A DNA stretch of 61,733 nucleotides from an uncultured virus (IMG/VR IMGVR_UViG_3300023371_000086) (taxonomy: Duplodnaviria; Heunggongvirae; Uroviricota; Caudoviricetes): the IMG/VR virus record IMGVR_UViG_3300023371_000086. One strand, 5' to 3'. The notes beneath the pieces were generated by a model. It worked only from the letters and a program-made list of their open reading frames with translations. It did not search any database and was not told the DNA's origin. This document shows positions 30,272 through 39,160 of this stretch, in pieces. The number at the start of each line of letters is the position of its first letter. The stretch's first letter is position 1. Position numbers and translations under genes: made by a program.

Positions 30272-30457
30272 ATGAAAACGAGCAAATTTAGAATCGTATA
30301 TTACGATTTTTCAGAAAGAACACACAAAATAACTAATATCCTCGAAGGCGATTCCGAGCGGAAGAAGGCTGTGCTGGAGTTATACAAATGTGACGACCCA
30401 TCAGCCAGAGTAGTGCCAGCCAGCGGAGGAGCTATGTGGAGCGATTTAATTAAATAG
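30272..30457 (+). CDS. early hypothetical protein
   Basis: 61 aa directly after tandem promoter. Confidence 0.6.
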   Translation: MKTSKFRIVYYDFSERTHKITNILEGDSERKKAVLELYKCDDPSARVVPASGGAMWSDLIK

Positions 30458-30492
30458 TATATACATGTTTAACAATTTAAAATAGTAGTATT

Positions 30493-30792
30493 ATGAGAAC
30501 ACGAGTTTACCGCAATTTCACTTTCAAGTCGTATGCAGCAGAAGAGCCGACCGTACTTATGGACCGTTCCGACAACTTCTTCACTGTCGAGAGCCACATA
30601 ACCGCTATCCTTAAGGATGCTATCGAGAATGGTGATGGACCAATGGAATATATTATCTATCAGGAGTCCAAAGATGGTCAGCAGAGGAGACTAATCGAGA
30701 AAGTCTACACCAGAGCCAATGATGATACCATCTATATAGATATGTTGATGGAAGAGCCAGAGGCTGAGACCACTGAGGAAGAGAGCAAGTAA
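30493..30792 (+). CDS. early acidic hypothetical protein
   Basis: 99 aa, AT-rich leader. Confidence 0.7.
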   Translation: MRTRVYRNFTFKSYAAEEPTVLMDRSDNFFTVESHITAILKDAIENGDGPMEYIIYQESKDGQQRRLIEKVYTRANDDTIYIDMLMEEPEAETTEEESK

Positions 30793-30846
30793 GGAAGTCA
30801 AACTGAAGAGGCTGAGGCCACTCAGCCTCTCTAATACCAATCAATT

Positions 30847-31131
30847 ATGTGTACCGTTATGACAAACAAGATGACAGAGCTCAGAGGCTCAGTGATAGCA
30901 GTAGTGTGTAATGCCTTTGCTGGCTGTGAAACACTTAAGTCAGTAGAAGAAGCCAAGCAAGCAGCTAACAGCCGAGTAGTCAAAGGGTTGACTGCGATGA
31001 CCAACTCAGGCGTATTCTCCAAAGACGAGGTCGAGTACTTGTCAAACTTTGCTACTGGCTACATAGCCATTGTGGAAGACAGGACCAAGCAGCGAGTGGT
31101 AGAAACGCTCAGAGAGCAGTTTGAGTTTTAG
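30847..31131 (+). CDS. early hypothetical protein
   Basis: 94 aa. Confidence 0.65.
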   Translation: MCTVMTNKMTELRGSVIAVVCNAFAGCETLKSVEEAKQAANSRVVKGLTAMTNSGVFSKDEVEYLSNFATGYIAIVEDRTKQRVVETLREQFEF

Positions 31132-31376
31132 CCACAGAGGTAGGGTGCCTAACTGGCATCCTGCCTTGCTACCTCTATGCCTATATGCAGAAAAATGGCT
31201 CAAATTGGCTCTGCAGCACACTGCCCTCACAGGCTCATTGGAATCAATGGCTACCAGTTACCATTAACCTACCTACTATGAGGCTACCAGCTACAACAGC
31301 CAACATGACCATAGCGCATACCATAGACAGAATGCAGTGGCGAAAAAAGTTTTTAACAAAACGCTAAAAAGCACTC

Positions 31377-31420
31377 CCACCTGTTTCAACTGTCGGGAAA
31401 ATCAGTTACATTTACAGTAC
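31377..31420 (+). promoter_or_regulatory. repeated early promoter/operator, copy 1
   Basis: CCACCTGTTTCAACTGTC...TTACATTTACAG. Confidence 0.75.
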
Positions 31421-31440
31421 AACATTAAACTAAAGCAGCA

Positions 31441-31704
31441 ATGAAAGCAAAGACTATCATCAAGCAACTCTTAGACCAGGAGCAGACTGGCCAGTGGGTA
31501 GAGACACCCGACTTCCAGGACACCAACAAGACTCAGTGGCTTATAGACTACTTTGGTATGAAGACCTTCAAGGCAGGTACCATAGAGCCAAACACAATGT
31601 ACGTAGTCACTTGGGGTGACAGCAACAGACTCAACGGCGTAGCAGACGCAATCCTTGAGGACCGTTACAATTGCAGCATCAACCTATACAAAGTGGAGGA
31701 ATAG
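31441..31704 (+). CDS. early hypothetical protein
   Basis: 87 aa after repeated promoter. Confidence 0.7.
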   Translation: MKAKTIIKQLLDQEQTGQWVETPDFQDTNKTQWLIDYFGMKTFKAGTIEPNTMYVVTWGDSNRLNGVADAILEDRYNCSINLYKVEE

Positions 31705-31708
31705 CATT

Positions 31709-31939
31709 ATGGCAACAACAATCCAAATAGCACCATATGACCACGAGATTAGGGTCGAAGGCGATGTAGTCAGCACAGAGTTTGCAGGTGGCATTAAGTA
31801 CACAGCCAAAGGCCTCAGCCAATACAGAGTTGAGGACATCAAGAAGTGCTTCTCAGCAGCGATAGCTATGGCTAGCAAGAGATGGCAGCTGGAGATAATG
31901 CTCAATGAATGCTTCAAGTTGAATGGTAAAATAGAATAA
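31709..31939 (+). CDS. early hypothetical protein
   Basis: Likely start MATTIQ at 31709. Confidence 0.65.
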   Translation: MATTIQIAPYDHEIRVEGDVVSTEFAGGIKYTAKGLSQYRVEDIKKCFSAAIAMASKRWQLEIMLNECFKLNGKIE

Positions 31940-31943
31940 AGTT

Positions 31944-32222
31944 ATGGCACGATACTACATTATGCACTTTGAGCCAATTGATGACATATATATGCCACAC
32001 TATGCTGAAGTCATCAAAACAGAGCGCGAAGCTAATTATGGCCCATGGAGAACTGAGATAGATGTCGATGACGACTATACAGATGTGGCAGAAGATTGGA
32101 TGTACTACACAGACGACATACTCGAATATGGTGAGATATTAGGCAATAATAAAGATGAGGTAACACAAGAAGAGTGGCTAACATCTCCATTCGCAGCTCC
32201 TCATATCACCACTTCACACTAA
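31944..32222 (+). CDS. early highly acidic hypothetical protein
   Basis: 92 aa, D/E/Y-rich. Confidence 0.65.
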   Translation: MARYYIMHFEPIDDIYMPHYAEVIKTEREANYGPWRTEIDVDDDYTDVAEDWMYYTDDILEYGEILGNNKDEVTQEEWLTSPFAAPHITTSH

Positions 32223-32248
32223 TAGAAAAATTTGCATAAAAAACACAT

Positions 32249-32290
32249 CCACCTATTTCAACTGTCAAAAATATCCATCACTTTTGCAGT
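32249..32290 (+). promoter_or_regulatory. repeated early promoter/operator, copy 2
   Basis: CCACCTATTTCAACTGTCAAAAATATC...CACTTTTGCAG. Confidence 0.8.
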
Positions 32291-32316
32291 AACATAATCA
32301 TTAAAAGAACACCAAT

Positions 32317-32607
32317 ATGACAAAGATTGTAAAACAGCCAGCGTCAACGCTATTTGACGAAATGAATAAGTGCCATGAGACTGGCGTGCACAGGACAGCT
32401 ATTATAGTATTCTCGCAGGACAATTGGCCTACAAAACAGTACTCAGAGCTCAGCCGCTCATACGCATCAAACTCAAATCAGTGGGGATGGGACTACTCAA
32501 AGCTCGGTAATTGCAGACTAGCTAACTGCTTAGACGGCACAGACAATGACGTACGCCTTGACTACTACAATTGGAAGATAGAATATTGGTATTGGAAGGA
32601 GGATTAA
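32317..32607 (+). CDS. early hypothetical protein
   Basis: 96 aa, NCLDGTDxxVRLD motif. Confidence 0.7.
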   Translation: MTKIVKQPASTLFDEMNKCHETGVHRTAIIVFSQDNWPTKQYSELSRSYASNSNQWGWDYSKLGNCRLANCLDGTDNDVRLDYYNWKIEYWYWKED

Positions 32608-32609
32608 CT

Positions 32610-32780
32610 ATGGAACACCTGATTTTACAACTTAGAAAAGCGCTTGTGCACTACGAGGAATGCGTGGATGTATGCGCAGCAGAGCACATTATGGGCGAAG
32701 CCCTTGGAAACTTAACCAGAGCATGCAATGCAGTAGCATTAGAATGTTGCAATCAAATAGACAAAATGTTGGAGGATTAA
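32610..32780 (+). CDS. early hypothetical protein
   Basis: Likely start MEHLIL at 32610. Confidence 0.55.
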   Translation: MEHLILQLRKALVHYEECVDVCAAEHIMGEALGNLTRACNAVALECCNQIDKMLED

Positions 32781-32916
32781 CGGATGGAAGCAATAATGGC
32801 ATTTATAGCTCATGCTATTCAAGTAATAATCATCGGAGCACTCATAGTAGTATTCGGTGCACAAATTATACACGATACAAAGCTTATGTACAAATCAATG
32901 AAGGAGGACGAGAAAA

Positions 32917-33210
32917 ATGGTAAGGGTGAATAGAAGAAAGTTGGAGAGCGTGCTATCAGACCTCAACGATATAATACATGACCTGGGCGACCTCAGCTTT
33001 ACATACGTACTGAATTATGCCAGGTATGAGGGCGGTTATGCATTGCTGAAATATACTTACGACAAATCTAAGCTACTCCGTAATGATTATGTAACCGCGC
33101 CAGTTACAGCAAGGCTATCAGCAAAAGAGATGTATATGTACATGACAGGTTTATATAATATGATGTGTGAGATGCGTAGTAAATATACGCTCGTATCACA
33201 CGAAAAATAA
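32917..33210 (+). CDS. early hypothetical protein
   Basis: 97 aa. Confidence 0.65.
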   Translation: MVRVNRRKLESVLSDLNDIIHDLGDLSFTYVLNYARYEGGYALLKYTYDKSKLLRNDYVTAPVTARLSAKEMYMYMTGLYNMMCEMRSKYTLVSHEK

Positions 33211-33225
33211 TCATAAAAAGTAGTT

Positions 33226-33268
33226 CTACCTATTTCAACTGTCAAAAATATCCGTTACTTTTACAGCA
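33226..33268 (+). promoter_or_regulatory. repeated early promoter/operator, copy 3
   Basis: CTACCTATTTCAACTGTCAAAAATATCCGTTACTTTTACAG. Confidence 0.8.
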
Positions 33269-33424
33269 ACAAATTAAATAAAAATATTATGGACATTTAT
33301 GGTTACAAAAGCTCGGCGTTGATTATTAACCCAACGGTAGCAGTCGAAGTCTTCAGTAGAAGCATTGAGTTTACAGTAGGATGGCTCAAATGGTATTGCA
33401 TATTCACCTTCAAACGCAGACGCA

Positions 33425-33682
33425 ATGGAAGGAAATAGGTTTGCAACGCTCATACCAATCCAACAAATAGCAATCACAGTAACACTCAAAGATATAGATA
33501 TTGGATTGGCGCTTAAAGACAAAATTGATAATATAGTCGTACCATACGGTATACTCAGAACTGAGGTACATTGCAATGAATTTACAGCAATTTGTGATAA
33601 CTGGGTCGCCGTTGAAAAAATAAAAAGTCTATTGGAAACGACCACTACAGAAATCTTTAATAAAAAATTTGAAAAAAAGTAG
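33425..33682 (+). CDS. early hypothetical protein
   Basis: 85 aa. Confidence 0.55.
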   Translation: MEGNRFATLIPIQQIAITVTLKDIDIGLALKDKIDNIVVPYGILRTEVHCNEFTAICDNWVAVEKIKSLLETTTTEIFNKKFEKK

Positions 33683-33684
33683 TT

Positions 33685-33725
33685 CCACCTATTTCAACTG
33701 TCAAAAAAACATATTACTTTTGCAA
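33685..33725 (+). promoter_or_regulatory. repeated early promoter/operator, copy 4
   Basis: CCACCTATTTCAACTGTCAAAAAAACATATTACTTTTGCA. Confidence 0.8.
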
Positions 33726-33764
33726 CATCAAACATTTTAATAAACAATTTAATCTATCAAAGTT

Positions 33765-34811
33765 ATGGCAACTAAGAATTTTTCACAGATGACAACAAAG
33801 AAGCTTCAGGCACTCCTTAACACAGCTTCAGATGAGGACAAGGTAGCAATCCAGGCAGTTCTTGATGCAAGAACACAAGCTGAGACTCCAGCAGTTCAGG
33901 GCGTAGCAGAGGGACAGGAATACAATGACCCAGAGCACCCACTTTCACCAGAGGAAGAGGCAGCATACGAAGAGGCTGAGAAGAACGGTGGTAAGCTTCC
34001 TGAGAAAGCAAAGGAGCGTATGACAGACGAACAGCGTGCAGCTCTCGCAGCTGAACTCAGAGAGAAGGTTGTCAACCACAAATGCCAGGTTGTTCCTTTC
34101 AACACAGCTGAGTGGGTAGACGGAGTAGTAATGGGAGTTGTTGAGGACAAGAGAAGCAACAAGGTACTCTTCGCTATCAAGCTCGAGGACGGACGTAGAG
34201 TCGTTAAGGTACACGACAGCAATCTCATCAAGATTTTCGACGAGGTCGTTGAGAGAACAGTTACGCGTCGCACTGGTACAATCCGTGAGAAGGTTGAGAA
34301 GACACCTTGGACACCAGAGCTTATGGAGTCAGACATCGCAGCAGTTGCAGTGAACGTAGGTAAGATGGTATCTTATCCGGACGGTGACCAGACAATCGAG
34401 GGACGTATCGTATCAATCGTTCCAGACAAGAGGAGCCAGCGTTGCCTCTACCGCATTGAAATCCCAATGCCAACAGAGGAAGACCCTAAGGCAGTCAAGT
34501 ACGCTCACAAGGTAACTACACTCGCAGAGCTCACAATCGCTGAGGACTTTGATGAGGCTGGAATGGCACTCAATAACAAGTTCACTGAGCGCAGGGCTAA
34601 GGCATCATCTAAGGAAGTTCTCACACCTGAGACCAAGGTGCTCAGAGCAGAGGAGGCACTTAAGAAAGCTGAAGAGAACTTCGAGAAAGCTCAGGCAACT
34701 CTTGCAGCTCGCAAGGAGGCTCTTGAAGCAGCTAAGGCTGAATACAAGGAATACCTCGATGCACAGGTACCAGGTCCACAGGAAACAGAGGAACCAGAAC
34801 CTCTCGCATAG
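33765..34811 (+). CDS. probably highly expressed early protein with two repeated beta domains and a coiled coil
   Basis: 348 aa, strong codon bias, internal DKRS repeat, own promoter and terminator. Confidence 0.85.
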   Translation: MATKNFSQMTTKKLQALLNTASDEDKVAIQAVLDARTQAETPAVQGVAEGQEYNDPEHPLSPEEEAAYEEAEKNGGKLPEKAKERMTDEQRAALAAELREKVVNHKCQVVPFNTAEWVDGVVMGVVEDKRSNKVLFAIKLEDGRRVVKVHDSNLIKIFDEVVERTVTRRTGTIREKVEKTPWTPELMESDIAAVAVNVGKMVSYPDGDQTIEGRIVSIVPDKRSQRCLYRIEIPMPTEEDPKAVKYAHKVTTLAELTIAEDFDEAGMALNNKFTERRAKASSKEVLTPETKVLRAEEALKKAEENFEKAQATLAARKEALEAAKAEYKEYLDAQVPGPQETEEPEPLA

Positions 34812-34837
34812 TTTTTCATACAACTCGTGTTCTTTTT

Positions 34838-34869
34838 GAGTCGCTCTTCACAGAGCGGCTCTTTTTTTT
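34838..34869 (+). terminator. intrinsic terminator
   Basis: GAGTCGCTCT-TCAC-AGAGCGGCTC followed by T tract. Confidence 0.85.
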
Positions 34870-35090
34870 ATGCGTTCGGTTCGACCATTCGTCCAGAGTC
34901 ATTCTCAAACGAGCGCTTTTAGGACGCTCAAATTTCTTGGACGATATATTTATCGCCTCGAGAATTTCGTTCAAATCTGGATGACTTTGGATATTAAAAT
35001 GATGATGCTTTCTATCTCGTCCAAAACTTCTTTTCAAAGACAGCCTCACTGGCTAAAAACTTTTTTACAAAATAATGAAAATTTTTTAAC

Positions 35091-35133
35091 CTACCTATTT
35101 TAACTGTCAAAAATATCAGTTACTTTTACAGTA
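35091..35133 (+). promoter_or_regulatory. repeated early promoter/operator, copy 5
   Basis: CTACCTATTTTAACTGTCAAAAATATCAGTTACTTTTACAG. Confidence 0.8.
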
Positions 35134-35156
35134 CAATTTTAAAACAAAGATGCATT

Positions 35157-35408
35157 ATGACAGAGAAAAGAACATTTAGAGCTATTGCACTTGAAATCAA
35201 GTGGAATTGGAGCAAGCCTTATTTTGGCGCGGTTCCTTACATCAATGCGATGTTAGAGTTGGACACAACGGACCCTAAAGCTCCTTATTATTCTGAGGAC
35301 GCCGAGACACAGGTGAGATACTTCTTAGCCAATGCAGCAACATGGCGAGGAGACATTGCCAAGAGAATCAAGAAAGAACTCAAAGAGATGATTGGCCATG
35401 GCAAGTAA
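35157..35408 (+). CDS. conserved phage early hypothetical protein
   Basis: PYFGAVPYxxAM...YFLANAATWRGxxAKRIKKEL. Confidence 0.75.
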   Translation: MTEKRTFRAIALEIKWNWSKPYFGAVPYINAMLELDTTDPKAPYYSEDAETQVRYFLANAATWRGDIAKRIKKELKEMIGHGK

Positions 35409-35580
35409 TCTATTTGGTACTTTCAAATGCAGCATTTGTGGTCAAATAATAACTGGCTGGGGACATAGTCCTTGGCCAGTTACAAAAGGCCAATTTGATT
35501 TGTGCTGCACAAAGTGTAACTACGATAAGGTAGTACCAGCAAGGGTTGAACTATCAAAACGAAAACGATATGGACATTAA
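35392..35580 (+). CDS. small zinc-finger protein
   Basis: CSICG...GHSPWP...CCTKCN. Confidence 0.7.
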   Translation: MAMASNLFGTFKCSICGQIITGWGHSPWPVTKGQFDLCCTKCNYDKVVPARVELSKRKRYGH

Positions 35581-35871
35581 AATCATTCAGACAGGCCCTT
35601 CACGTACTAGTGGAGACTGTACAACTTACTTCAAAGCCAAGTTTGAAAAAATCCAACGTTGCAACAGTTTGTGCATTGGATTCTTAAAGAAAGACCAAGT
35701 GAATGGGGAGACGTAAGTCTCTCTGGATTCGGTGGCAGATTGGTTGAGTACAACCATGGCAATATAACTTACGCCAATCCTGTATGTGAAGAATCATGGG
35801 ATAAAGTCATTGAGCTTGTTAGTTACTGTGGCGGTTGGTCGCGTTCAGATTATCTAGTTAAATTTGTATAA
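35570..35871 (+). pseudogene. hypothetical gene apparently split by a frameshift at an A6 run
   Basis: ATG 35570 frame (MDIKIIQTGPSRTSGDCTTYFKAKFEK) joins the 35659..35871 frame if the A6 at 35646-35651 is A7. Confidence 0.5.
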
Positions 35872-35874
35872 GTT

Positions 35875-36222
35875 ATGACAGCAAAAGAATTAAATCTCTC
35901 ATCATATGTGTACAAAGTTTCACGTGAAAAAATTATTGGTCAAAAAGTAACAAGCATTGCATGTGAAAATCGTTGTGATGGTGAAGTATATGTAATAGAT
36001 AAAGATTACGAATGCGAAGCTAAAGATAAATTAGCTCACCATAGAAACTATAGCAATATTGTATTATTTATCGATTTAGAAGAAGCTAAAATACACCAAG
36101 CAATATTAAGAGAAAAGTATATCAAAGAGTTGTATGAAGCTTCGCAGAAAGCCTTTGAGGATTACAACAAAATAGTACAACATTATCTTTACATGCCAAT
36201 AAGCAACCCAATCTATGTTTAG
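35875..36222 (+). CDS. hypothetical protein
   Basis: 115 aa. Confidence 0.65.
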   Translation: MTAKELNLSSYVYKVSREKIIGQKVTSIACENRCDGEVYVIDKDYECEAKDKLAHHRNYSNIVLFIDLEEAKIHQAILREKYIKELYEASQKAFEDYNKIVQHYLYMPISNPIYV

Positions 36223-36721
36223 GCTCGACAGTTCAAAAGCGCTTACACTACAGATAACAAATGATGCATTCTTCTACCTCAAAGAAGATGAAGACCCGTT
36301 GGATGATAATAATCTGGATGAGGCTTTAGAGGTGCTTAGCATGTTTCCCAATGGCTTTGAAATCAAAGAAGATTGGAAGCCAGTTGAAGACTCAGACCTC
36401 ATTGAAGCAACATTCATACCGTACGTTCAGGTTGATGATGACTATGATGCTTCAGAAGAGATGGCAAAAGGCTATTTTTGGCAAATTAAGTTTACACAAG
36501 GATATAGATTTGTCAAAGTATGGTCATTCAGAGAGTCTACAGGTGAACGTATATACAAAGGCGAATATGAATTGAGATATAACTCCACGCATGCACATAT
36601 TGGCTATGCTATAGGAGACTGGAGAAAAGGACACGGATGTTTACTGTGGCTTAAGCGCTATAAAGAACAAAAGCTGGGAATCTTTAAGAACATACCGAAA
36701 GATATTCCAGTAGGACTATAA
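36215..36721 (+). CDS. acidic hypothetical protein
   Basis: 168 aa. Confidence 0.7.
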   Translation: MFRLDSSKALTLQITNDAFFYLKEDEDPLDDNNLDEALEVLSMFPNGFEIKEDWKPVEDSDLIEATFIPYVQVDDDYDASEEMAKGYFWQIKFTQGYRFVKVWSFRESTGERIYKGEYELRYNSTHAHIGYAIGDWRKGHGCLLWLKRYKEQKLGIFKNIPKDIPVGL

Positions 36722-36723
36722 AG

Positions 36724-36751
36724 AAAGCGAGCTGAAAAGCTCGCTATTTTT
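36724..36751. terminator. bidirectional terminator between convergent operons
   Basis: AAAGCGAGCT-GAAA-AGCTCGCTATTTTT. Confidence 0.75.
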
Positions 36752-37418
36752 ATTCAATCACAAGAGCAAAACCTTGAGAACGTACACTTGTTATAGTTAT
36801 TGTTTGGTCTTCAGACAAGTACTTCCTCAACTTAGTTACGTATACATCCATACTACGCCCATTGAATACGTTGTCATCAAGCCATATTGACTTAAGTGCA
36901 ACATTTCTTGGCAATATGGAATTTCTGTACTCACTCAACAGTCGTAGCAATCTTGCTTCTCTGTCTGTCAACTTAGTTTCCTTGCCATCGAGTATTAATA
37001 GACGTTCTTTTGGGCTGAATGTGTACTTACCAATCTTATGCTCATCTCCGTACGAGCTTTTACCTGAGCGTTTAAGAACTGCATTAAGCCTACATACAAG
37101 TTCCCTTATATCAAACGGTGTATGTATATAATCATCAGCCCCGGCATTAAAGCAGTTTATAGCATCTTCAGGAATTATATCCTTAGTCAGAAATAGCACA
37201 GCTACATTTGGACTTGTCGCTCTCACGTTCTTAATTAGGTCGTACCTTGTATCTATGGAACCGAAGCCATCAAGTATACAAGCATCAAAGCTTTTTTCTT
37301 GTAGCTTCTCAAGTACATTCTCACTATTTGCTACTTCAATAGCAAAGCCATTTGAGTATAAATACCCGAACAGGTTATTAACTGGCGTGTGAGTGTATAT
37401 CAATAATTTGTAGTGCAT
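36750..37418 (-). CDS. orphan OmpR-family (RprY-like) response regulator with degenerate receiver domain
   Basis: AGADDYI, IWxDDNxFNGRSMDVYVTKLRKYL winged helix; acidic pair and KPF lysine lost. Confidence 0.85.
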   Translation of the reverse strand: MHYKLLIYTHTPVNNLFGYLYSNGFAIEVANSENVLEKLQEKSFDACILDGFGSIDTRYDLIKNVRATSPNVAVLFLTKDIIPEDAINCFNAGADDYIHTPFDIRELVCRLNAVLKRSGKSSYGDEHKIGKYTFSPKERLLILDGKETKLTDREARLLRLLSEYRNSILPRNVALKSIWLDDNVFNGRSMDVYVTKLRKYLSEDQTITITSVRSQGFALVIE

Positions 37419-37463
37419 GGTGATGTTGTTTGTTAAGTTATGTATAAAATTACGTTCGGTTGA

Positions 37464-37784
37464 TTAGTAGAAAGGTAGTCTGCCACGTATAGTTGGTTTA
37501 ACTCGCCACGATTTTTTAATTCTTGGAGCGCTAGGCAAACGCGTATTTTTGCGTTTTAGTTGCTCAATATTCTGCTTAGACTGCTGCAACCCAAGTAAAG
37601 CCTCAAGGTTACTCTCAAATACTTCAAGTACTTCTGCGCTTCTTGCTGCTTCCAGTATGAGCTCTTCGAGCTCAATTATCTTTTGAAGTGTCGTATGGTC
37701 TTCTTCTGCGCCGTTTGCTGAATCTAAGCAAGCAACTTGGGCAGCTAACGTAGTAGCTATTAGCTTTGTTGGTTTGAATTGCAT
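37464..37784 (-). CDS. hypothetical protein
   Basis: 106 aa. Confidence 0.6.
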   Translation of the reverse strand: MQFKPTKLIATTLAAQVACLDSANGAEEDHTTLQKIIELEELILEAARSAEVLEVFESNLEALLGLQQSKQNIEQLKRKNTRLPSAPRIKKSWRVKPTIRGRLPFY

Positions 37785-38674
37785 AATTTCTTATTTGTTA
37801 GAAGTTCGTATATTTTAGCAAACCAAAACGGATTATACTTCAGCAAATCAAAGAAGGTCTTTATTTTCTTATTAACCAATACTGTTGCATATTTGACCTC
37901 TTTTTCTGCTAACATACATTTGTGGTAGTAATATTGAACAACTGCCTTGTCAACGCTGTAAAGCAGCTCTGGTTTATAGCGTATGAGCATAGTCTGCTCT
38001 GTACCCTGGGTGAAGTAATAAGGTATGTCCAATGTAACCCAGAAAAGCTTGTTTTCGCCATATTCCTCACTTGCTTTGTACATAAATCCAGGGCTCTTCA
38101 CTATAGAATGTGGATAGCGCTCAGCACAAGTCCTCAACATTCTTGGTACAAGAGGCCTAAGCAAATCATTGATGCGTTTGTTGATATATACAAACAGTTT
38201 GTCCATCATGCGTTTATGCTCACTGGTAAGACACGTAATCAGTTGTTTGAGCTGTTCAGTAGTCACTGAATCACTGAGCTTTATGTCATTCTGGTCAAAT
38301 GCTGCTCTGTTTATATCAGTCTTAAGCTGTCTTCTACGTGAATGGTATTCTATGGCTTTCTCAGAAAATATCTGACGCCTACGTTCAAGACGCCGTTGTG
38401 CATTAGCCCGTCTGTATTCGTCATCAGTTGACTTAAGATGGTAGTTATAACCAACGAACTTATACCTACCATCTTCAGTCTTTTCCCAACGCTTAGATAC
38501 AACCCAAGCTTTGTCGTCTAACAGCTCGTCTGGCAAACACTCCTCTTCATTCAGCACGTTATCGTAAGCCTCTTCTTGCGCTTCTTCTATGTCATCATCA
38601 TCTGACTCTATGACACGTAAGAATTCATAAAGTTCGGCTTCACTCAAATCGCCATACTGCTTTAGTTCTTCCAT
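37760..38674 (-). CDS. hypothetical protein with acidic N-terminus
   Basis: 304 aa. Confidence 0.75.
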   Translation of the reverse strand: MEELKQYGDLSEAELYEFLRVIESDDDDIEEAQEEAYDNVLNEEECLPDELLDDKAWVVSKRWEKTEDGRYKFVGYNYHLKSTDDEYRRANAQRRLERRRQIFSEKAIEYHSRRRQLKTDINRAAFDQNDIKLSDSVTTEQLKQLITCLTSEHKRMMDKLFVYINKRINDLLRPLVPRMLRTCAERYPHSIVKSPGFMYKASEEYGENKLFWVTLDIPYYFTQGTEQTMLIRYKPELLYSVDKAVVQYYYHKCMLAEKEVKYATVLVNKKIKTFFDLLKYNPFWFAKIYELLTNKKLCNSNQQS

Positions 38675-38829
38675 ACTACTTAAACAAATTTTTAATTATG
38701 TCTAATGCCACGCGTTTATTGAACATAAGAAAATAGCTTATAGCTAATATCAAACGCGCTATTTTGTGTGTGAACCATGCAACTGCATATATTGGATAAT
38801 ATAACACTCCAAGTACAGTCCAAACTATC

Positions 38830-39159
38830 TTAAGAATCTTTTTCATCATTCTGTTCGTCTGTTTTTGTTGGACACTGTATCACAATGATAGTTCTCTTAT
38901 AAGCCTCATCTCCAAGAAGTTTAATGAAGCCTCTTGTAGTTGAGCTGTATTTATTGCTATCCAAAGCGCTGTCAAGAACTCCAAGATAGAGATTTGCGGG
39001 CGACTCAGCATTGTACTCTCCTCTTTCTTGCAGTCTCTCAAGTGGGCCTCTTTTGAAGTAAGCGGCTCCTACTTCTATACGTCTCTGACGTATTTCTTCT
39101 ATGCAGTCCTCCATTTGCTTTTTGAATTCTGGGGACATTACTACGTCTATTACTCTCAT
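38830..39159 (-). CDS. hypothetical protein
   Basis: 109 aa. Confidence 0.65.
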   Translation of the reverse strand: MRVIDVVMSPEFKKQMEDCIEEIRQRRIEVGAAYFKRGPLERLQERGEYNAESPANLYLGVLDSALDSNKYSSTTRGFIKLLGDEAYKRTIIVIQCPTKTDEQNDEKDS

Positions 39160-39160
39160 A

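Noticed and set aside
31377..35133. Five similar repeats as a CRISPR array
   Set aside because: Spaced 0.46-1.4 kb apart with genes between them, and each ends in a promoter box; no cas genes.
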